From NCBI GenBank assembly GCA_964595105.1, contig CAZQPJ010000001.1, positions 1-45,334 of the forward strand: 45,334 bases of DNA, read 5' to 3'. The notes below the pieces were generated by a model. That model did not search any database. It had not been told where the DNA came from and saw nothing but the letters and a program-made list of their open reading frames with translations. The DNA is from an uncultured Bifidobacterium sp. GTDB taxonomy: Bacteria; Actinomycetota; Acidimicrobiia; Acidimicrobiales; Ilumatobacteraceae. Each line of letters opens with the position of its first letter. The first letter of the stretch is position 1. Shown one piece after another: positions 41,303-45,334 of the stretch. The position numbers were made by a program, and so were the translations under genes.

Positions 41303-41989
41303 CTAGAGGTAGCGCTCGCCCTCGTCGCGTTGCCGCGCCACCGTTGCGGGCACGCCGTAGGCCACGACGTGACCGGGAAGGTCGCGCACCACCACTGCGC
41401 CGGCACCCACCACCGTGTGCGCACCGATGGTGCGGCCGTGGATGACGGTCGCCCCGATGCCGACGGCAGTGCAGGTTCCGATCGACGTGTTCCCCCCCAC
41501 CGTTGCGCCCGGGGCAAGGCTGGCGCCGTCATCCAGACTGCTGTCGTGGTCGAGGCTCGCACCACTGTCGACGAGGGCATGTGCACCAACGCGACAGCCG
41601 ACGCTCACCAGGGCACCCGGCATCACCACTGCGCCGTCGGCGAGTTCGGCGCCGGATGCGACGAATGCTGTGGGGTGCACCACGCTGATGAAGCGAAGGC
41701 CCGGTGCCGCCGACGACACACGAGCGGCGACGGCCACTCGTACTGCGTTGTCACCGATGCCCATCACCACGCCATCGAGGGAATGGGCGCCGACGAGCGC
41801 AGACAGCTCGAGTTCGGTACCGAGAACTTCCCACTGGTCGACCGCGGTTCCCGCTGCCTTGTTCGTGTCGATGAACCCCACCACGGTGTGGCCCGACTGC
41901 ACGAGTGCGTCGGCCACTTTCCTGCCGTGGCCGGATGCGCCGACCACCACCACACGAGCCACGTGCCGCACCTCCTCCGCTAGCGCCAC
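41303..41989 (-). CDS. NeuD/PglD-family sugar N-acetyltransferase (left-handed beta-helix)
   Basis: VVVVGASGHGRKVADAL N-terminal domain, MGIGDNAVR, VVHPTAFVASGAEL and hexapeptide repeats ending GVPATV, parallel to PglD (GASGHG ... IAIGNN ... GVPAK). Confidence 0.85.
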   Translation of the reverse strand: MALAEEVRHVARVVVVGASGHGRKVADALVQSGHTVVGFIDTNKAAGTAVDQWEVLGTELELSALVGAHSLDGVVMGIGDNAVRVAVAARVSSAAPGLRFISVVHPTAFVASGAELADGAVVMPGALVSVGCRVGAHALVDSGASLDHDSSLDDGASLAPGATVGGNTSIGTCTAVGIGATVIHGRTIGAHTVVGAGAVVVRDLPGHVVAYGVPATVARQRDEGERYL

Positions 41990-42019
41990 ACTAAACCGGT
42001 CGATCGACGTCGCGACGCG

Positions 42020-42286
42020 TCAACCCAACTGCACGTGGCCGCTCGCCAGCAGCGAGTCGAGCGCAGACACCACATCGGCAGGCACGGCATCCAGCCGGCC
42101 GCACAGGTCGTCGAGCGTCGCCGGTTCGTCGAGCGCCACCCACACCAGTGCAGCCCACCCGGTGAGTTCGGAACTCGCGTCGTCGGGATTCCCATCGATC
42201 GCCTGTGTGAGCACCGAGTGCCCGTAGAGACGCCAGACCATGCGTGGAGTTCGCATGAATGTCGCACCGCGGTCCACACCGTTCAC
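42020..42286 (-). CDS. second PqqD/RRE-like small protein (73-88 aa depending on start)
   Basis: WRLYGHSVLTQAIDGNPDDASSELTGWAALVWVALDEPATLDDLCGRLDAVPADVVSALDSLLASGHV fits the PqqD winged-helix pattern (L...aa.vw..ldep.T..eL...l......v...L..L...g.v) with a shortened beta region. Possible starts are GTG 42286, ATG 42256 and ATG 42241. It lies 30 nt upstream of the PglD-like gene on the same strand. Confidence 0.5.
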   Translation of the reverse strand: MNGVDRGATFMRTPRMVWRLYGHSVLTQAIDGNPDDASSELTGWAALVWVALDEPATLDDLCGRLDAVPADVVSALDSLLASGHVQLG

Positions 42287-42314
42287 GATCCAATCCTGCC
42301 ACTACGCTCGGCCC

Positions 42315-42863
42315 ATGCGACTGCTCACCGTGTGCACCCACAACCGCACGCGGTCGGTGTTGATGGCCGGTCTGCTGTGGCAGCGCTTCCACCACGCCGG
42401 GGTGGAAGCCGAGGTCGAGTCGGCCGGTTTCGGCCCGCCGAACATGCCGCCCACACCCGAGACCGTCGATCTTCTGTTCCGTACCGGTGTCGACAGCCGG
42501 CGGCACAGCAGCCGCCTCGCCACCAAAGCGCTCGTCGCCCCGGCCGACCTGGTGCTCACCGCCGAGCGCCAGCATGTGGTGCGGCTGGTGGCGGAGGAAG
42601 GCGGCAACTTCCAGCGCATCTTCACGCTGCCGGAGTTCTGCCAACGGCTCGGATCTCTGGGTACCGCCCGGTTCGCCAGTCTCGACGCCGCACTTGCAGT
42701 GCTGAACGACGGCCGGCCACGCGGTGGCGCATACCTGCAGGCCGACGTCCCGGAAGTGTTCGACCCCACCGGAGGGCCACCCGATGAGTGGACGACGGCC
42801 TTCGCCACCATCAGTACCGAGTGTGCACGGGCAGCCGACTTCCTCCTCAGCCTGGGCAGCTAA
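42315..42863 (+). CDS. low-molecular-weight protein-tyrosine phosphatase (LMW-PTP/ArsC-fold)
   Basis: Track ORF trimmed to ATG 42315. The N-terminal MRLLTVCTHNRTRSVLMAG carries the C-x5-R-S P-loop (nt 42333-42356). The later DP in VFDPTGG fits the general-acid Asp position. Confidence 0.85.
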   Translation: MRLLTVCTHNRTRSVLMAGLLWQRFHHAGVEAEVESAGFGPPNMPPTPETVDLLFRTGVDSRRHSSRLATKALVAPADLVLTAERQHVVRLVAEEGGNFQRIFTLPEFCQRLGSLGTARFASLDAALAVLNDGRPRGGAYLQADVPEVFDPTGGPPDEWTTAFATISTECARAADFLLSLGS

Positions 42864-42887
42864 ACCCCAGCAAGTAACGTCGAAACC

Positions 42888-44849
42888 GTGACCTCCTACC
42901 GCGCCGATGTCGACGGCTTGCGCGCAGTGGCGATTCTCACCGTGGTGGCCTACCACGTCGGTGTGCCGGGTTTCGCGGGAGGGTTCACGGGCGTCGATGT
43001 CTTCTTCGTGCTCAGCGGATACCTCATCACCTCGATCCTGTGGAGCGAACTCCGAGCCACGGGTCGCATCGACTGGCGGGTGTTCTACGCCCGCCGTGCC
43101 CGTCGGCTGTTGCCGGCCCTTGCCGTCACGGCCCTGCTGGCGTTGGTTGTCGGCATGGTGGTGCTGCCGCCCGACCCGGACCTCCGGTGGCTGTCGCAGA
43201 GCGTCGTCGGTGCTGCCGGCTTCGTCTCGAATGTCTTCTTCTGGCTGAAGACCGGTGGCTACTTCGGCGCCACGGCCGACACCCTGCCGTTGTTGCACAC
43301 CTGGTCGCTGGCCGTGGAGGAGCAGTTCTATCTCGTGTGGCCGGTGGTGTTGCTGGTGGCGTGGCGGTTGGGTCGCCGTGGTGGCGCCTCGAGGCTGTTG
43401 GCGACATGCGGCCTTGCAGCGCTGGCAGTCGGGTCGTTCGGCGCCGCGGTGGCACTGCCCGACCGGTCGGCCGCGTTCTACCTGATGCCGACCCGACTGT
43501 GGGAACTTGCCGCTGGGGCAGCCGTGGCCATCGCCGGTTCTCGGTTGTCGGCGGCAACCCGCGGGGCGAACCGCTCGCTGGGCTTCGCCGGACTGCTGCT
43601 GGTGCTGGCACCCGTGCCATTCGCCTACTCGGCACGCTGGTTCCCCGGGTGGGGAGCGCTTCCCTCGGTGATCGGTACGGTGGCCCTTCTCCTCTCCGGT
43701 CGGGCCCCGAACGTGCACGCCGTGAACGGCGCGATGTCGAGTCGGGCGCTCGTGTTCATCGGCAAGCGGAGCTACTCGTGGTACCTGTTGCATTGGCCGC
43801 TGCTCGTCTTCGTTCGCACGGTCACGTTCAGTCACTCCGTTCCGCGCGACCTGGGAATCGCACTGGCGGCGTTCGTCGCCGCCTGCGGCCTTCACCGCTG
43901 GATCGAGCAGCCGTGGAGGGAGGGCCGAACCCTGTGGACACGCACGACGTCGCGAGCGCTTCTGTCGGGGCTCGCGATCATCGGCGTGCTCGGCGCCACT
44001 GGTGCACTCGTGTTGCGCGACACCGCCGCCGCTTCGATGCTCGATCTCACGCCCTCACAGGCTGCGGCGCTGGCCGAGAACAGGCGTGCGTGGGACACGT
44101 GCCCCAACCGCGGCGCCACGACGGCCGACGGCGTCGGAGTGGTCGACTGCACCTTCGACGCAGAGCGCCCCACTCGCCTCGTACTCATCGGTGACTCACA
44201 CGCCTTCGGGCTGACTCCTGCGATGCAGCTCGCCGCGCGCGAGCTCGGCTGGGGGCTCGACGTCATCTGGACGCCCGGCTGCCCCTTCATCGTCGGCTAC
44301 CAACCGCCCGAGGGTGACCGCCGCCTCGACGCGGCATGCGAACGGGAGAACACCCACGCCGCCGCACTTCTGCACCACCAGGCTGCGCACATCGGCGGCA
44401 TCGTCACCACGAACCGATCATCCGGCATCATCGGGGAGGCGAGCCAACAGGCCCTCGACCGCTGGGCCACCGCGCTGGGTGACACGCTGGCTCGCATCGA
44501 ATCGGATGGCACACCTGTCGTATTGATGCACGACGTGCCTCACTTCTCCCAGCCCGTCGCCCAGTGCGTCATTCGAAAGGGAACGTCCGGGTGCGACATC
44601 GCCACCGACGAGGCCCGACGGGACCGGCAGCCCGTGATGGATGCGGAAACGAAGGCCGTCCTTCAGTCAGGGGTTCCGGTGGCCACGTGGGACCCGTTCG
44701 ACGCATTGTGTGACGACGATGTCTGTCACGCGGTCAGCGAGGGTGAGGTGCTGTTCCGCGACCGAACACACCTGTCGAAAGCGGGTGCAATGCATCTGGC
44801 GACGACCCTCGTGCCGTGGCTGGTGGCAACGCTGCGAGCTGCTGGCTGA
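42888..44849 (+). CDS. acyltransferase-3 (OafA/YrhL-type) membrane O-acetyltransferase with C-terminal SGNH domain
   Basis: GTG start. DGLRAVAILTVVAYHV and FFVLSGYLIT AT3 motifs, about 10 TM segments, then LVLIGDSHA (SGNH block I) in a ~270-aa extracytoplasmic domain. Confidence 0.9.
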   Translation: MTSYRADVDGLRAVAILTVVAYHVGVPGFAGGFTGVDVFFVLSGYLITSILWSELRATGRIDWRVFYARRARRLLPALAVTALLALVVGMVVLPPDPDLRWLSQSVVGAAGFVSNVFFWLKTGGYFGATADTLPLLHTWSLAVEEQFYLVWPVVLLVAWRLGRRGGASRLLATCGLAALAVGSFGAAVALPDRSAAFYLMPTRLWELAAGAAVAIAGSRLSAATRGANRSLGFAGLLLVLAPVPFAYSARWFPGWGALPSVIGTVALLLSGRAPNVHAVNGAMSSRALVFIGKRSYSWYLLHWPLLVFVRTVTFSHSVPRDLGIALAAFVAACGLHRWIEQPWREGRTLWTRTTSRALLSGLAIIGVLGATGALVLRDTAAASMLDLTPSQAAALAENRRAWDTCPNRGATTADGVGVVDCTFDAERPTRLVLIGDSHAFGLTPAMQLAARELGWGLDVIWTPGCPFIVGYQPPEGDRRLDAACERENTHAAALLHHQAAHIGGIVTTNRSSGIIGEASQQALDRWATALGDTLARIESDGTPVVLMHDVPHFSQPVAQCVIRKGTSGCDIATDEARRDRQPVMDAETKAVLQSGVPVATWDPFDALCDDDVCHAVSEGEVLFRDRTHLSKAGAMHLATTLVPWLVATLRAAG

Positions 44850-44872
44850 CGGCCGCTCTCCGACTGCGGCCG
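44850..44872. terminator. GC-rich hairpin between convergent genes (candidate bidirectional terminator)
   Basis: CGGCCGC-tctccgact-GCGGCCG: perfect 7-bp stem, 9-nt loop. It fills the 25-nt gap between the stops at 44849 and 44875. Confidence 0.35.
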
Positions 44873-44874
44873 GA

Positions 44875-45334
44875 TCAGTTGATGCCGCGAAGCCCGGTGC
44901 CGCTGGCCTGTTGCTGCAGGAACCAGTCGTAGGTGGTGCGGATTCCGGTGTCGAGGTCAATGCGTGCCGTCCAGCCGGTGGCGGTGAGGCGGTCGACGTT
45001 CAGCACCTTGCGCGGCGTGCCGTCTGGCTTGCTGGTGTCGAAGCGCAGCTCGGCCTGCGGGTACACGACGTCACGGATCTTCTCCGCCAACTCACGGATC
45101 GGAAGGTCGACCCCGGTGCCCACGTTCACGTGCATGTCACCCTCGTAGTGCTCCATCAGGTGCACGCATGCGTCGGCAAGGTCGTCGACGTGCAGGAATT
45201 CGCGCATCGGGCTACCTGTGCCCCAGATCTCCACCGACGGCGCGCCGGCCAGCTTCGCTTCGTGGAACTTGCGGATCAACGCCGGCAGCACATGGCTGCT
45301 GGTGAGGTCGAAGTTGTCGTTCGGGCCGTAGAGG
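44875..45334 (-). CDS. fcl: GDP-L-fucose synthase (GDP-4-keto-6-deoxymannose 3,5-epimerase/4-reductase), C-terminal part; 5' end beyond the right edge
   Basis: The frame stays open to the window edge ([27 protein letters not shown]...). [43 protein letters not shown] and [16 protein letters not shown] closely parallel E. coli Fcl. Confidence 0.9.
   Translation of the reverse strand, partial: LYGPNDNFDLTSSHVLPALIRKFHEAKLAGAPSVEIWGTGSPMREFLHVDDLADACVHLMEHYEGDMHVNVGTGVDLPIRELAEKIRDVVYPQAELRFDTSKPDGTPRKVLNVDRLTATGWTARIDLDTGIRTTYDWFLQQQASGTGLRGIN

Noticed and set aside
41296-41308. TCTAGA palindrome between the LPXTG-like and PglD-like stop codons as a regulatory site
   Set aside because: It is only a 6-bp palindrome formed by the juxtaposed stop codons (TGAttcTCTAGAgg). 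It is too short to be meaningful on its own and is covered by the convergent-junction observation.
16181-41989. Campylobacter-type N-linked protein glycosylation locus
   Set aside because: No PglB/STT3-type oligosaccharyltransferase (a large 13-TM protein with a WWDYG motif) is present in the window. The presence of Wzz/BY-kinase, LMW-PTP and DUF4012 favours a polymer, or at most O-linked transfer. I kept only the sugar-pathway inference.
1-45334. CRISPR arrays, rRNA/tRNA genes, IS elements, integrases or prophage remnants
   Set aside because: Reading both strands, I saw no spaced direct-repeat array, no cloverleaf-like or rRNA-like conserved segment, and no transposase, integrase or recombinase motif. 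The only tandem repeats are the short in-frame ones inside the BY-kinase gene.

Overview
GC-rich, Actinomycetota-like chromosomal window. GTG starts are frequent and many genes are joined by 4-nt ATGA/GTGA stop-start overlaps. I saw no rRNA, tRNA, CRISPR array or IS/transposase. All family calls come from reading motifs by eye; no searches were run.

nt 1-15.4 kb is a mixed housekeeping/accessory stretch:
- the 5' part of a SNF2/HelZ-type helicase (runs off the left edge, so it is absent from the ORF track) and a Zn-alcohol dehydrogenase;
- an unusually AT-rich 330-bp divergent control region with overlapping palindromes;
- a small ORF translationally coupled to a secreted DUF1524 (HNH) nuclease lipoprotein;
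- a HIBADH-like oxidoreductase;
- a Cache/HAMP membrane sensor with no output domain, overlapping a 12-TM MFS-like transporter;
- an operon of unknown protein + acetolactate-decarboxylase::wHTH fusion + GNAT-like protein;
- a MinD/ParA-like ATPase, a TetR regulator, an aldo/keto reductase and a DUF2233 phosphodiester glycosidase.

nt ~15.4 to >45.3 kb is one large surface-glycan locus. It holds:
- a PglC-like priming phosphoglycosyltransferase;
- five GT4 glycosyltransferases, one fused to a GNAT;
- Wzz/BY-tyrosine kinase plus LMW-PTP, a Wzy-like polymerase, DUF4012 and a PglK/MsbA-like ABC exporter;
- PglF/PglE/PglD-like enzymes for a 2,4-diacetamido-trideoxyhexose;
- a UDP-HexNAc dehydrogenase, two SDR epimerases, a polysaccharide deacetylase, an OafA-type O-acetyltransferase and the 3' part of fcl.

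The most interesting signal is an HprK-like P-loop kinase and a PF14907-type nucleotidyltransferase spliced by 4-nt overlaps into the Wzy/GT operon. Two separate PqqD/RRE-like small proteins sit elsewhere in the locus, one coupled to the priming transferase. There is no lasso or other RiPP core enzyme and no obvious precursor peptide. This looks like an uncharacterised RRE-kinase-nucleotidyltransferase module recruited to glycan or glycoprotein assembly.
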